Assembly (NCBI GenBank): GCA_044866005.1
Contig: JBIOTN010000057.1
Span: forward strand, 6,067-70,066
Reading direction: 5' to 3'
DNA length: 64,000 nt
Source of the DNA: Candidatus Rokuibacteriota bacterium
GTDB taxonomy: Bacteria > Methylomirabilota > Methylomirabilia > Rokubacteriales > DASRDR01
Made by a program: the position numbers and the translations under genes. The notes under the pieces were generated by a model. It saw only the letters and a program-made list of their open reading frames with translations. It was not told where the DNA came from and ran no database searches. Numbering within the stretch: the stretch's first letter is position 1; the number at the start of each line of letters is the position of its first letter. Shown in pieces: positions 46,115 to 55,671 of this stretch.

Positions 46115-47533
46115 TCAGCCGCGCAGGTGCAGCACCACGAGCTTGAGCTCGGTCATCTCCTCCACCGCGTAACGCGGCCCCTCCTTGCCGAAGCCGGACT
46201 CCTTGAGGCCGCCGTAGGGCATGAGGTCCGCCCGCCACTGCGGCCCCCAGTTGACGTGGAGGTTCCCGGCCTGGACCTCGCGGGCGAACTTCATCGCGTG
46301 CTCCAGGCTCTCCGTGAAGATGGCGGCGGAGAGCCCGTAGTTCGTGTCATTGGCGAGCGCGATCGCCTGGTCGATGTCGTCGAAGGGCGTGACCGCCACG
46401 GCCGGACCGAACAGCTCGTCGGCCGAGATCCGCATCTCCGGCTTCACGTCGGCCACGATCGTCGGGGCGTGGAGCGCGCCCTGGCGCTCGCCGCCGGTGA
46501 CGAGCCGGGCGCCGCTCGAGATCGCCTCACGGATCCACTCCTCCACGCGGGCCGCGTCCTTCTCGCGGATCATGGGCCCCATCTTGACCCGCTCGTCGAG
46601 CTGATTGCCGGTGGTGAGCGCCTCGACCTTGGGCTTGAGCGTGGAGAGGAAATCCCCGTAGATCTTGCCGGCGGCGAGGACCCGCTGGGTCGAGATGCAG
46701 ACCTGCCCGGCGTTCGCGTACCCGGTCGCCGCGACCGCCTCCGCGACCTTGGTGAGGTCGGCGTCCGGCATGACGATGACCGGCGCGTTCGAGCCGAGCT
46801 CCATCGTGACCTTCTTGATCCCGGCCGTCTTGCAGATCCGCTCGCCGACGTCACGGCTCCCCGTGAAGGTGATCTTCCGCACGCGCGGGTCGGCGGCGAG
46901 CAGGTCGCCGATCTCCCCGCCGGGGCCCGTCAGGCACTGGATGCCCTCGGCCGGGAGGCCGGCCTCCAGGAGGATCTCGGTCAGCTTGAGGGCGGAGAGC
47001 GGCGTGTCGGTCGCGGGCTTGACGATGACGGCGTTGCCGCCCGCGATCGCGGGCCCGACCTTGTGGCAGACCAGGTTCAGCGGGAAGTTGAACGGGCTGA
47101 TCGCGACCACGACGCCGCAGGGGACGCGGAGGGTGAAGGCGAGCCGGCCGGCGGCGCCCGGCGCGCCGTCCACCGGCACCGTCTCGCCGTGGATCCGCTT
47201 GGCCTCCTCCGCCGAGCCCAGGATCGTCTCCACGGCCCGGTTCGCCTCGAGCCGCCCCTCGGCGAGGATCTTGCCCTCCTCCATGCTGATGGTCCGTCCG
47301 AGGTCCTCCTGCCGCGCCGCGATCAGGTCGGCGGCCCTCCGGAGGATCTGGAAGCGGTCGTATCCGGAGAGCTTCGCCATGGTCCGGGCGCCGCGCACGG
47401 CGCTCTCCAGCGCGCGCTCGACGTCCCCGCGGTCGGCGCGGGGCACGGTGTCGATCACGCTGCGGTCGTAGGGATTCTCGACGGGGATCTTCTCGGCCTT
47501 GTCGATCCACTGGCCGGCGACGTACATGCGCAT
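46115..47533 (-). CDS. NAD(P)-dependent aldehyde dehydrogenase
   Basis: ORF 46115..47626 trimmed to ATG 47533 (AAGGAGGAG SD). ELGSNAP, catalytic Cys in AGQVCISTQR, FGPAV, ESGFGKEG. Confidence 0.9.
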   Translation of the reverse strand: MRMYVAGQWIDKAEKIPVENPYDRSVIDTVPRADRGDVERALESAVRGARTMAKLSGYDRFQILRRAADLIAARQEDLGRTISMEEGKILAEGRLEANRAVETILGSAEEAKRIHGETVPVDGAPGAAGRLAFTLRVPCGVVVAISPFNFPLNLVCHKVGPAIAGGNAVIVKPATDTPLSALKLTEILLEAGLPAEGIQCLTGPGGEIGDLLAADPRVRKITFTGSRDVGERICKTAGIKKVTMELGSNAPVIVMPDADLTKVAEAVAATGYANAGQVCISTQRVLAAGKIYGDFLSTLKPKVEALTTGNQLDERVKMGPMIREKDAARVEEWIREAISSGARLVTGGERQGALHAPTIVADVKPEMRISADELFGPAVAVTPFDDIDQAIALANDTNYGLSAAIFTESLEHAMKFAREVQAGNLHVNWGPQWRADLMPYGGLKESGFGKEGPRYAVEEMTELKLVVLHLRG

Positions 47534-47599
47534 GTCCGGACTCCTCCTTGCGGCGGTCGCGCGATGGGGGACGGGACCCGGGGAATCGGCCCTCGTCCG

Positions 47600-47628
47600 A
47601 TTATCGCCCCGCGCCGGGCCGCCCACAA
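47600..47628 (-). promoter_or_regulatory. Sigma70-like promoter of the aldehyde dehydrogenase gene
   Basis: On the minus strand: TTGTGG (47628..47623), 17 nt, GATAAT (47605..47600). Confidence 0.4.
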
Positions 47629-47638
47629 GGCCGGCCCG

Positions 47639-48430
47639 TCAGGCCCGCGACCCTCCTACGGCCGCCAGCGCGTCGAGCACGGCGGCGTGGATCCGGCCGT
47701 TCGAGGCGAGCACACCCGGCCCCTCGAGCCGCCAGGTGCCGCCGCGGACGTCGGTGAGGCGACCGCCTGCCTCCTGCACGATCAGCCCGCCGGCCGCCAT
47801 GTCCCAGGGGCCGAGGCGGAGCTCCCAGTAGCCGTCGAAGCGGCCGGCGGCGACGTAGCAGAGGTCGAGGACCGCCGAGCCGATGCGCCGGACGCCGCGC
47901 GTGCGGAGGGACAGGGCGGAGTACTCGGGCAAGTTCGTCTGGGAGGCCGTCCGGATGTCGTTCGGGAACCCCGTGGCGAGGAGGCTCTCGTCCAGGGTCG
48001 GCGTCTCGGAGACGTGGATGGCCTGGCCGTTGAGCGTGGCGCCCCCGCCGCGCTCGGCCAGGAAGCACTCGTCGAGGTTCGGGTCGTAGGCGACGCCGAG
48101 CACGACCTCGCCGGCGCGCTCGAGGGCGACGGAGACCGCGAAGACGGGCACCCCGTGGGCGTAGTTGGTGGTCCCGTCGAGCGGGTCGATGAGCCACCGG
48201 TAGTCCGACCGCCCGGGCTGGGCGCCGCTCTCTTCCGCCAGGATCGCGTGATCGGGGAACGCCTGGCGGAGCCGGCCGACGATGAGGCTCTCCGCGCGCT
48301 GGTCCATCTCCGTGACGAGGTTCGTCGGGCTGCCCTTGTAGCGGATCCGTCGCGTCCCGCCGAGCGCGTCGCGGAGGAGCGTGCCGGCGCCGCGCGCGGC
48401 CTCCACGGCGACGGAAAGGTACGGGCCCAC
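47639..48430 (-). CDS. suhB: Inositol monophosphatase family protein (SuhB-like)
   Basis: ORF 47639..48430. LAEESG, WLIDPLDGTTNYAHG, GSAVLDLCYVAAGRFDGYWE. Confidence 0.9.
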   Translation of the reverse strand: MGPYLSVAVEAARGAGTLLRDALGGTRRIRYKGSPTNLVTEMDQRAESLIVGRLRQAFPDHAILAEESGAQPGRSDYRWLIDPLDGTTNYAHGVPVFAVSVALERAGEVVLGVAYDPNLDECFLAERGGGATLNGQAIHVSETPTLDESLLATGFPNDIRTASQTNLPEYSALSLRTRGVRRIGSAVLDLCYVAAGRFDGYWELRLGPWDMAAGGLIVQEAGGRLTDVRGGTWRLEGPGVLASNGRIHAAVLDALAAVGGSRA

Positions 48431-48524
48431 GCGGCCGAGCCTAGCACACGCCTCCTCGCAGCGTCGATTCCGCCACCGCGATGGCGCCGGCCGGCCCGGG
48501 GCGTCCCGGCGAGGGCCCGACGCC

Positions 48525-48554
48525 TTGACCCTCGGCAGTGGCGGGTGTTATAAC
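48525..48554 (+). promoter_or_regulatory. Sigma70-like promoter with extended -10 directly before a GTG start (leaderless candidate)
   Basis: TTGACC (48525..48530), 18 nt, TGtTATAAC (-10 at 48549..48554). GTG 48561 is 6 nt downstream. Confidence 0.5.
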
Positions 48555-48560
48555 CCGACG

Positions 48561-49052
48561 GTGGCGAGGCGCGAGAGCAAGCCCGTGCGCAGCGCGTCCA
48601 CGGACACGCCGCCGACCCGATCGGTGAAGGCCGCGGTCCCCGAGGACCGGCCCATCCTCGTCGTGACGGGGTGCGTCGGGCGCAGCTCGCCGGCTGCCGG
48701 CGGCTGGGGGTACGTCATCTGTTACCCCACCGGCCAGGAGGTCGAGGCCGGCGGGATGGCGGCGGAGACGACGGCCGCCCGGATGGCCTTGACGGCCGTC
48801 GTCCGGGCGCTGGAGCGCCTCGGACCCGCCGAGCGCGGGCCGGTGCGGGTGGTCACGTCCAGCCAGCCCACCGTCGACACCGCCGCGGGCCGGCTGCCGC
48901 GCCGCGGGGACCTGGACCTCTGGACCCACCTCGACGGCCTCGCGCGCGACCGCCGGATCATCTGGGAATGGGAGCCGGACGAGACCATGTACTTCCAGGA
49001 GCGCGCGGCCGAGCTGGCCCAGCTCGCCGTGAAACGCGGCCGCGCGGACTGA
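48561..49052 (+). CDS. RNase HI-fold protein lacking the DEDD catalytic residues
   Basis: 3' part of ORF 48381..49052 from GTG 48561. Gap-free local alignments to E. coli RNase HI: TGCVGRSSPAAGGWGYVI vs TDGSCLGNPGPGGYGAIL; TTAARMALTAVVRALERL vs TTNNRMELMAAIVALEAL; VTSSQP vs STDSQY; IIWEWE vs IKWEWV; QERAAELA vs NERCDELA. Confidence 0.7.
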   Translation: MARRESKPVRSASTDTPPTRSVKAAVPEDRPILVVTGCVGRSSPAAGGWGYVICYPTGQEVEAGGMAAETTAARMALTAVVRALERLGPAERGPVRVVTSSQPTVDTAAGRLPRRGDLDLWTHLDGLARDRRIIWEWEPDETMYFQERAAELAQLAVKRGRAD

Positions 49053-49062
49053 GGCTCGCCGG

Positions 49063-49998
49063 ATGCGCATCGCGGTGATGGGCACGGGCGGCATGGGCGG
49101 CTACTTCGGCGGGCGGCTCGCGCACGCGGGGGAGTCGGTCGCCTTCATCGCGCGGGGCGCGCACCTCGAGGCGATCCGCGCGCGGGGGCTGACGGTCGGG
49201 AGCGTCACCGGGGACTTCACGGTCGTCGCCCCCGCGACGGACGACCCCGCGCGAGTGCCGGGGCTGATCGGGCCGGTCGACCTCGTCCTCTTCTGCGTCA
49301 AGTCCTATGACACGGAGACGGCGGCCGACGCGCTCGGGCCGCTGCTCGGGCCGGCCACGGCGGTCCTGTCACTCCAGAACGGCGTGCTGAACGAGGACGT
49401 GCTCGCCCGGCGGCTCGGGGGCGAGCGGGTGCTCGGCGGCGTCGTCTACGGGTTCGCCGTCATCGAGGCTCCCGGCGTCATCCGCCACACGCAGGGCGGC
49501 CGGATCCTGTTCGGGGAGCTCGACGGGCGGCGGAGCGCCCGGGCCGGCGCGTTCGCGGAGTGCGCGCGGAAGGCGGGGATCCCGATCGAGGTGTCGCCGG
49601 ACATCCGCAAGGCGCTCTGGGAGAAATACGTCGTGATCTGCGCGCTCGCCGGGATGACCGCGCTGAGCCGCCGCCCCATCGGCGACATCCGCGACTGCCC
49701 CGAGTCACGGGCGATGCTCCGGCAGATGGTCGAGGAGCTCGTCGGGCTCGCCAAGGCGGAAGGGGTGGGCCTGGCCGACGACGTGGTCGAGCGCGGCATG
49801 GCGGCGGTCGACGCGCTCAAGCCGGACTCGTACTCCTCGCTCTACCACGATCTGGTCCACGGACGCCGGCTCGAGCTGGAGGCGCTCCACGGGGACGCGG
49901 TCCGCCTCGGCGCCCGGCACGGGATCCCCACCCCCGCGCTCTCCTGCGTGTACGCCGCCCTGCGCCCGGCGGCTCGAGCCGCCGAGTCCGCCGGGTGA
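49063..49998 (+). CDS. panE: 2-dehydropantoate 2-reductase (PanE/ApbA family)
   Basis: ORF 49063..49998. MRIAVMGTGGMGGYFGG, LFCVKSYD, C-terminal ApbA_C domain (SSLYHDLVHGRRLELEAL). Confidence 0.85.
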   Translation: MRIAVMGTGGMGGYFGGRLAHAGESVAFIARGAHLEAIRARGLTVGSVTGDFTVVAPATDDPARVPGLIGPVDLVLFCVKSYDTETAADALGPLLGPATAVLSLQNGVLNEDVLARRLGGERVLGGVVYGFAVIEAPGVIRHTQGGRILFGELDGRRSARAGAFAECARKAGIPIEVSPDIRKALWEKYVVICALAGMTALSRRPIGDIRDCPESRAMLRQMVEELVGLAKAEGVGLADDVVERGMAAVDALKPDSYSSLYHDLVHGRRLELEALHGDAVRLGARHGIPTPALSCVYAALRPAARAAESAG

Positions 49999-50000
49999 GC

Positions 50001-50119
50001 CCCGGGCCGATCCCCGTCGCACCCCGGCGTCCTCGGTCGTCGCCGGCCCTCAACGGACAGGGAGTACGCCTCGGGCCGGCTCCTCCCTGCGTCCTGGGGC
50101 TGCTCGGGTCTCGGCCCGG
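50001..50119 (+). repeat. Intergenic structured repeat, copy C
   Basis: Aligns with copies A and B. Central hairpin at 50042..50080 with a perfect 8-bp outer stem. Starts 2 nt after the panE stop. Confidence 0.8.
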
Positions 50120-50164
50120 TCCCATGCCACCCGGGCCGGAACGTCCCTCGCGCAGGGCCGCCGG

Positions 50165-51988
50165 GTGATCCGCCTCGGGGCCCCGCGGCTCCGCGCGCCC
50201 GGGCCCGCCGCCGCGAGCCTGCGGCAGCTCGGGCCGTACGTCTCGCGCTACCGCGGCCGCTACCTCGGCGGCGTGGCGCTCCTCGCCGCGACCAACGCGT
50301 GCGCGCTGGCGATCCCCTGGGTCATCAAGCTGACGGTCGAGGCGCTCGGCGCGGCGGTCGGCGGCGGCGGGCCGGACAGCGCGGCGGCGAGCGCGCGCAG
50401 CGCGTTGACGTTCGGCGCGCTCGCCATCGTCGCCCTGGCGCTGGCGCAGGGAGTCGTGCGCTCGGCGTCGCGCTTCGCGCTCCTGGGGGCGAGCCAGCGG
50501 GTGGAGGCCGACATCCGCGACGACCTCTTCTCACGCCTCCTCGGCCTGCCGCCGGCGTTCTACCAGCGCCAGCGGACGGGCGACCTGATGTCGCGCGCGA
50601 CGAACGACCTCCAGAGCGTCTCCCAGCTCGCGGGGTTCGGCTTCCTGTCGCTCGTGAACACGCTCTTCGTCTTCGTCGGCACGCTGGCGGCCATGCTGCG
50701 GATCGATCCCTGGCTCACGCTCGCCGCCCTCGGGCCGGCGCCCCTGCTGGTGGTGCTGGCCAAGCGGTTCAACAGCCGCGTCCACGCGGAGTCCCTGGCC
50801 GTGCAGGAGCAGCTCTCGCGCCTGGCGGCGAAGCTCCAGGAGAACCTGAGCGGGATGGCCGTGGTCCGCGCCTACACGATGGAGTCGCGGGAGATCGAGG
50901 CGTTCGGGCGGCTCAACGGCGAGCACCTCGCGCGCACGCTGCGCCAGGCGCGCACGCAGGGGGCCTTCTCGCCGCTCCTGGGATTCATCGGCGGAGTCGG
51001 AACGCTGATCGTGGTCTGGCTCGGCGGCCGGGCGGTCGTCGAGGGACGCATCACGCTGGGCGACCTGGTGGCCTTCTCCAGCTACCTCGCGTACCTCGCC
51101 TGGCCGATCCTCGCCCTGGGGTGGGTGCTCGGGCTGGTCCGCCGCGGACTGGCCGCGATGGAGCGGGTGGCCGAGCTGCTGGCGACGCCGTCCGGGACGG
51201 CCGACGGCCCGAGCGCGGGCGAGGCTCCGAGCGTGGCGGGCGACATCGAGCTCCGCCGGCTCACGTTCCGCTACGAGGCGGCGCGGGCCCCGGCGCTCCA
51301 GGACGTGTCGCTGCGACTCCCGGCAGGCGCGTGCGTGGCCCTCGTCGGTCCCACGGGGGCGGGGAAGACGACGCTCGGCGCGCTCCTCCCCCGACTGTGG
51401 GACCCGCCGGCCGGCACGGTGTTCCTCGACGGCCGGGAGATCCACACGATTCCGCTCGCCACCCTCCGGGCGGCGATCGGGTACGTGCCCCAGGAGACGT
51501 TCCTCTTCTCCGGTCCTCTCGCCGACAACGTCGCGCTCGGCGCGAACGGCAACGGTTCGGGCCGCGTCGAGTGGGCGGGCGCGCTCGCCGGCCTCGCGGA
51601 GGACGTGGCGCGCCTGCCGGCGGGCTGGCAGACCGTCGTGGGCGAGCGGGGGCTCACCCTCTCGGGCGGCCAGCGCCAGCGCGCGGCGCTCGCGCGCGCG
51701 CTCGTCCGTGAACCCCGGATCCTGATCCTCGACGACGCCTTCGCCGCGGTCGACGCCGAGAAGGAGGCGGCGATCCTGGAGGCCCTGCGCCGCGTCCGCC
51801 GGGGGCGCACGACGATCGTCATCACCCAGCGGCTCCATGCCGCCCGGCTCGCCGACCGGGTGGTCGTGCTGGACGAGGGCCGCGTGGTGGAGCAGGGCTC
51901 GCACGCCGAGCTGCTCGCCCGCCGCGGCCTCTACGCGCGGCTCTGGCAGCGCCAGCAGGTCGAGGCGGCGCTTCGGGCCGGGGCATGA
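50165..51988 (+). CDS. ABC exporter, fused permease/ATPase half-transporter (subunit 1)
   Basis: ORF 50165..51988. Six-helix TMD. Walker A GPTGAGKTT, signature LSGGQRQR, Walker B ILILDDA. Confidence 0.9.
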   Translation: MIRLGAPRLRAPGPAAASLRQLGPYVSRYRGRYLGGVALLAATNACALAIPWVIKLTVEALGAAVGGGGPDSAAASARSALTFGALAIVALALAQGVVRSASRFALLGASQRVEADIRDDLFSRLLGLPPAFYQRQRTGDLMSRATNDLQSVSQLAGFGFLSLVNTLFVFVGTLAAMLRIDPWLTLAALGPAPLLVVLAKRFNSRVHAESLAVQEQLSRLAAKLQENLSGMAVVRAYTMESREIEAFGRLNGEHLARTLRQARTQGAFSPLLGFIGGVGTLIVVWLGGRAVVEGRITLGDLVAFSSYLAYLAWPILALGWVLGLVRRGLAAMERVAELLATPSGTADGPSAGEAPSVAGDIELRRLTFRYEAARAPALQDVSLRLPAGACVALVGPTGAGKTTLGALLPRLWDPPAGTVFLDGREIHTIPLATLRAAIGYVPQETFLFSGPLADNVALGANGNGSGRVEWAGALAGLAEDVARLPAGWQTVVGERGLTLSGGQRQRAALARALVREPRILILDDAFAAVDAEKEAAILEALRRVRRGRTTIVITQRLHAARLADRVVVLDEGRVVEQGSHAELLARRGLYARLWQRQQVEAALRAGA

Positions 51989-53877
51989 GCGGGCACGCGC
52001 CCGGGGCCGGCGTGGACGACGAGCTCCTCGGCCGCGCGTACGACCGGCGGCTCGTCGCCCGCCTGTGGGCGTTCGCGCGCACCTACCGGCGGGCGCTGGC
52101 GGCATCGGCCGCGCTCTTCCCGGTGCTGGCCGCCGTCGAGCTCGTCCAGCCGTACCTCGTGAAGGTGGCGATCGACGACCACATCGTGCGGCACGACTGG
52201 TCCGGGCTCTGGCGCGTGGCCGCGCTCTTCGTCCTCGCCCTCCTGGCGCAGTACGTCCTCCGCTCCGCGCACGGCTACCTCATGGCGTGGACCGGTCAGC
52301 GGGTGGTCCACGACCTCCGGCAGGCCCTCTTCGCCCACGTCCAGCGGCTGCCGGCCCGGGTCTTCGACGCGAACCCGGTCGGCCGGCTGATGACGCGGGT
52401 CCTGAACGACGTGGAAGCGATCGGCGAGCTGTTCACCTCCGGCGTCGTCGCGATCCTGGGCGACGCGCTGACCCTCGCCGGCGTGGTCGCCGTGATGCTG
52501 GCCCTGGACTGGCGCCTGGCGCTCGTCGCCTTCGCCGCCATCCCCGTGCTCTTCGGCGTGGCCGCCTACTTCCGGACACGCGCCCGCGAGGCCTACCGCG
52601 AGGTCCGGAACCGCATCGCGCGCGTGAACGCCTACCTTCAGGAGAACATCCTCGGCATGACCGTGGTCCAGCTCTTCGGGCGGGAGGCCGCCCACGCGCG
52701 GGAGTTCGCGCGCCTGAACGAGGCGCACCGCCGCTCGGTCTTCCGCCGGAGCCGCTACGACGCCCTCCTCTACGCGGGGGTCGAGGTGGTCGGCTCGGTG
52801 GCCATCGCCAGCCTCGTCTGGTGGGGCGGGGGCGAGATCCTGGCGGGCGCCGTGACCTTCGGGGTGCTCGTGGCCTTCATGGAGTACACGCACCGGTTCT
52901 TCCTGCCGATCCGGGACGTCTCGGCCAAGTACACGGTCATGCAGTCCGCGATGGTGGCCGCCGAGCGGATCTTCGGCCTCCTGGACACGCCCGTCGAGAT
53001 CGGGTCGCCGCCGGATGCCCATCGGCCGGCGCGGCCCGCCGCCGGGGGGCTCGCCATCGAGTTCCGGGACGTCTGGTTCCGCTACGGGCCGGCCGCGGTG
53101 TCGTCCGCGTCCCCGGTGGAGGGGGTCGGAGGGGCGGAGCGGTCGGGGCTCCCCCCCCAGGCCGAGGACGGCTGGGCCGTGCAGGGCCTGTCCGTCCGCG
53201 TGCGACCGGGCGAGCGGGTCGCCATCGTGGGTCCCACCGGCGCGGGCAAGAGCACGCTGGCGCGGCTGCTCACGCGCACCTACGACGTCCAGCGCGGTGC
53301 CGTCCTGGTCGACGGGGTCGACGTGCGCGCCTGGGACCTCACGGCCTTGCGCCGTCACGTCGGCGTGGTCCTCCAGGACGTCGTCGTCTTCTCCGGCACC
53401 GTGGAGGAGAACATCGCGCTCGGCGACCGCGAGGTCAAGCGCCCGGCGATCGAGGAGGCGGCGCGTCGCGCTCACATCGACGACTTCGTCCGGTCGCTGC
53501 CCGGCGGCTACGCCGAGGAGATCCGCGAGCGCGGCGCGAACCTCTCGCACGGCCAGCGTCAGCTCCTGGCCGTGGCGCGGGCGCTGGTATATAATCCTGC
53601 CGTTCTCGTCCTGGACGAGGCGACGTCGAGCGTGGATCCGGAGACCGAGCTCTTGCTCCAGGACGCGCTCGACCGTCTCCTCGCGGGGCGCACGAGCATG
53701 ATCATCGCGCACCGCTTCTCCACCATTCAGCGGGCCGACCGGGTGCTGGTCCTGCACCAGGGCCGGCTCGCTGAGGACGGGCCACATGACCGACTCATCA
53801 CGCAGGGCGGCCTTTACGCGACGCTCCACGACCTCTCCTTCGGTCGGGAGACGCTCGGCCCCGCCATTCCCCGCTGA
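51985..53877 (+). CDS. ABC exporter, fused permease/ATPase half-transporter (subunit 2)
   Basis: ORF 51985..53877. ATGA overlap with subunit 1. Walker A GPTGAGKST, signature LSHGQRQL, Walker B VLVLDEA. Confidence 0.9.
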   Translation: MSGHAPGAGVDDELLGRAYDRRLVARLWAFARTYRRALAASAALFPVLAAVELVQPYLVKVAIDDHIVRHDWSGLWRVAALFVLALLAQYVLRSAHGYLMAWTGQRVVHDLRQALFAHVQRLPARVFDANPVGRLMTRVLNDVEAIGELFTSGVVAILGDALTLAGVVAVMLALDWRLALVAFAAIPVLFGVAAYFRTRAREAYREVRNRIARVNAYLQENILGMTVVQLFGREAAHAREFARLNEAHRRSVFRRSRYDALLYAGVEVVGSVAIASLVWWGGGEILAGAVTFGVLVAFMEYTHRFFLPIRDVSAKYTVMQSAMVAAERIFGLLDTPVEIGSPPDAHRPARPAAGGLAIEFRDVWFRYGPAAVSSASPVEGVGGAERSGLPPQAEDGWAVQGLSVRVRPGERVAIVGPTGAGKSTLARLLTRTYDVQRGAVLVDGVDVRAWDLTALRRHVGVVLQDVVVFSGTVEENIALGDREVKRPAIEEAARRAHIDDFVRSLPGGYAEEIRERGANLSHGQRQLLAVARALVYNPAVLVLDEATSSVDPETELLLQDALDRLLAGRTSMIIAHRFSTIQRADRVLVLHQGRLAEDGPHDRLITQGGLYATLHDLSFGRETLGPAIPR

Positions 53878-53884
53878 AGGGGCG

Positions 53885-54277
53885 ATGCCCCCACCCCGTG
53901 CCCGGCCGGCCACCCGCTTCGACGGCGCGGTGTTCGCGCTCGTCCGCCGCGTGCCCGCCGGGCGCGTCGTCACCTACGGCCAGGTCGCCGCGCTCGTGGG
54001 TGCGCCGCGGGCGGCGCGTGCGGTGGGAGGCGCGATGCGACGGTGCCCCCCGGGCGTCCCGTGGCACCGCGTCATCAACGGCCGGGGCGGCGTCAGCCGG
54101 CGGGCCAACGTCGCGGGCATGGTCAGCCAGGCGCTCCTGCTCGAGCGGGAAGGGGTGCGCTTCGGGCGCGGCCGCGTGGACCTCGCGCGCCATCGCTGGC
54201 GGAGCCCGGGGAGGGCAGCCGCTGGGCGTCCAGCGGAACGTTGGGCATCGATGTCCCCGAAGCGCAGCCTGACGTGA
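53885..54277 (+). CDS. Alkyltransferase-like (ATL) protein: MGMT DNA-binding domain with Trp at the acceptor-Cys position
   Basis: 3' part of ORF 53786..54277 from ATG 53885. VVTYGQVAALVG.PRAARAVGGAM...VPWHRVI (canonical MGMT has PCHRV). Confidence 0.75.
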   Translation: MPPPRARPATRFDGAVFALVRRVPAGRVVTYGQVAALVGAPRAARAVGGAMRRCPPGVPWHRVINGRGGVSRRANVAGMVSQALLLEREGVRFGRGRVDLARHRWRSPGRAAAGRPAERWASMSPKRSLT

Positions 54278-54792
54278 AGGAATCGGCGGCCGACCGGGTC
54301 CAGAGAGCCCTCCGCGCCCACGGTGTCACGAGCGAGGTGGTCGAGCTGGCGGAAGGCGCCCGGACGGCGCCCGAGGCCGCCGCGGCCTGCGGCGTGAGCG
54401 TGGCGCAGATCGTGAAGTCCCTCGTCTTCCTGGCCGACGGCGAGCCGGTCCTGGTGCTGGCCTCCGGCGCCAACCATGTGGACGAGCAACGGCTGGCGGC
54501 GCTGACCGGCCGGGCCATCCGCCGGGCCGACGCGGCGGCCGTGCGCGCGGCGACGGGCTTCTCGATCGGGGGCGTGCCGCCCGTGGCGCACACGCAGGCC
54601 CTGCGGACCTTCGTCGACCGGGACCTCCTGGCCCACGACGCCCTCATCGCGGCGGCCGGCACCCCGCACGCGGTCGTCCGGCTGACCCCGGGCGAGCTCT
54701 GCCGGATCACGGCCGGCGAGGTCGCGGACGTCAAGCGGGAGCCGAGCGTGGCGGACCGCGTCCCTCCGCGCCCGGGCGTGCCATGCGGGTGA
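54274..54792 (+). CDS. YbaK/EbsC-family aminoacyl-tRNA deacylase domain protein
   Basis: 3' part of ORF 54043..54792 from GTG 54274 (GTGA overlap). ARTAPEAAAACGVSVAQIVKSLVF...GFSIGGVPPV. Confidence 0.75.
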   Translation: MKESAADRVQRALRAHGVTSEVVELAEGARTAPEAAAACGVSVAQIVKSLVFLADGEPVLVLASGANHVDEQRLAALTGRAIRRADAAAVRAATGFSIGGVPPVAHTQALRTFVDRDLLAHDALIAAAGTPHAVVRLTPGELCRITAGEVADVKREPSVADRVPPRPGVPCG

Positions 54793-55649
54793 TGCCGCTC
54801 GCCGCCGACTCGCTCGGCGTCCGCTCGATGGCCACGTACGTCGAGGCGGGCGACCTGCGCCTCCTTCTCGACCCGGGCGCGACCCTCAGCCCGCGCCGCT
54901 ACGGCATGGACCCGACCCCCGAGGAGGCGGAGGCCCTCAAGCGCGCTCTCGACCGCATCGAGGGCTACGCGCGGCGGGCCGCCCTCATCACGGTCAGCCA
55001 CTACCACGGCGATCACTACGCCGCGGTGCCCGACCTCTACGCGGGCCGTCGCGTCTGGGCGAAGGACCCCCGCCGGATGACCGACGCCCATCAGGCCGCC
55101 CGCGGCCGCGCCTTCTGGCGGACGCTCGGCGGCAACGCGACGCTCGAGCCCGCGGAGGGGCGGGCCACCGAGATCGGCGGCGTCCGCGTGAAGGTCTCGC
55201 CGCCGCTCGCGCACGGGCGCGAGGGCACGGGGTTCGGCTTCGTCGTCGCGGTCACCGTGGACGACGGCAGTCGCTTCGTGCACGCCGCCGACGTCCAGGG
55301 CCCCGCGTCCGCCGTGGCGACCGCATATCTCCTGCGCGAGCGGCCCGACCTGCTGTACCTCTCGGGCCCGCCGACGTACCTGGAGGCGCAGCTCGGCCCC
55401 GCCGTGCTGCGGCAGGGGCTCGACAACCTCTTGCGCATCGTCAACGAGACGGGCTGCCGCGTGATCGTGGACCACCACGCGCTGCGCGATCGGCGCTACC
55501 GGGAGCGGCTGGGCCCCGCCTTCGAGACCGGCCGCGTGGTGACCGTCGCCGAGTACCTCGGTCGGCGGGACGAGTGCCTGGAGGCCCACCGGCCCGAGCT
55601 CTGGGCGCGCCATCGCCGGGCTCGCGGCAGCCCGGTTGTTTCCTCGTGA
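54783..55649 (+). CDS. MBL-fold metallo-hydrolase (UPF0282-like)
   Basis: ORF 54783..55649. SLGVRSMATYVE..LLLDPG, VSHYHGDHY, FVHAADVQGP. Confidence 0.7.
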   Translation: MRVMPLAADSLGVRSMATYVEAGDLRLLLDPGATLSPRRYGMDPTPEEAEALKRALDRIEGYARRAALITVSHYHGDHYAAVPDLYAGRRVWAKDPRRMTDAHQAARGRAFWRTLGGNATLEPAEGRATEIGGVRVKVSPPLAHGREGTGFGFVVAVTVDDGSRFVHAADVQGPASAVATAYLLRERPDLLYLSGPPTYLEAQLGPAVLRQGLDNLLRIVNETGCRVIVDHHALRDRRYRERLGPAFETGRVVTVAEYLGRRDECLEAHRPELWARHRRARGSPVVSS

Positions 55650-55671
55650 TCATCGGAAAGGAGGAGCCGTC

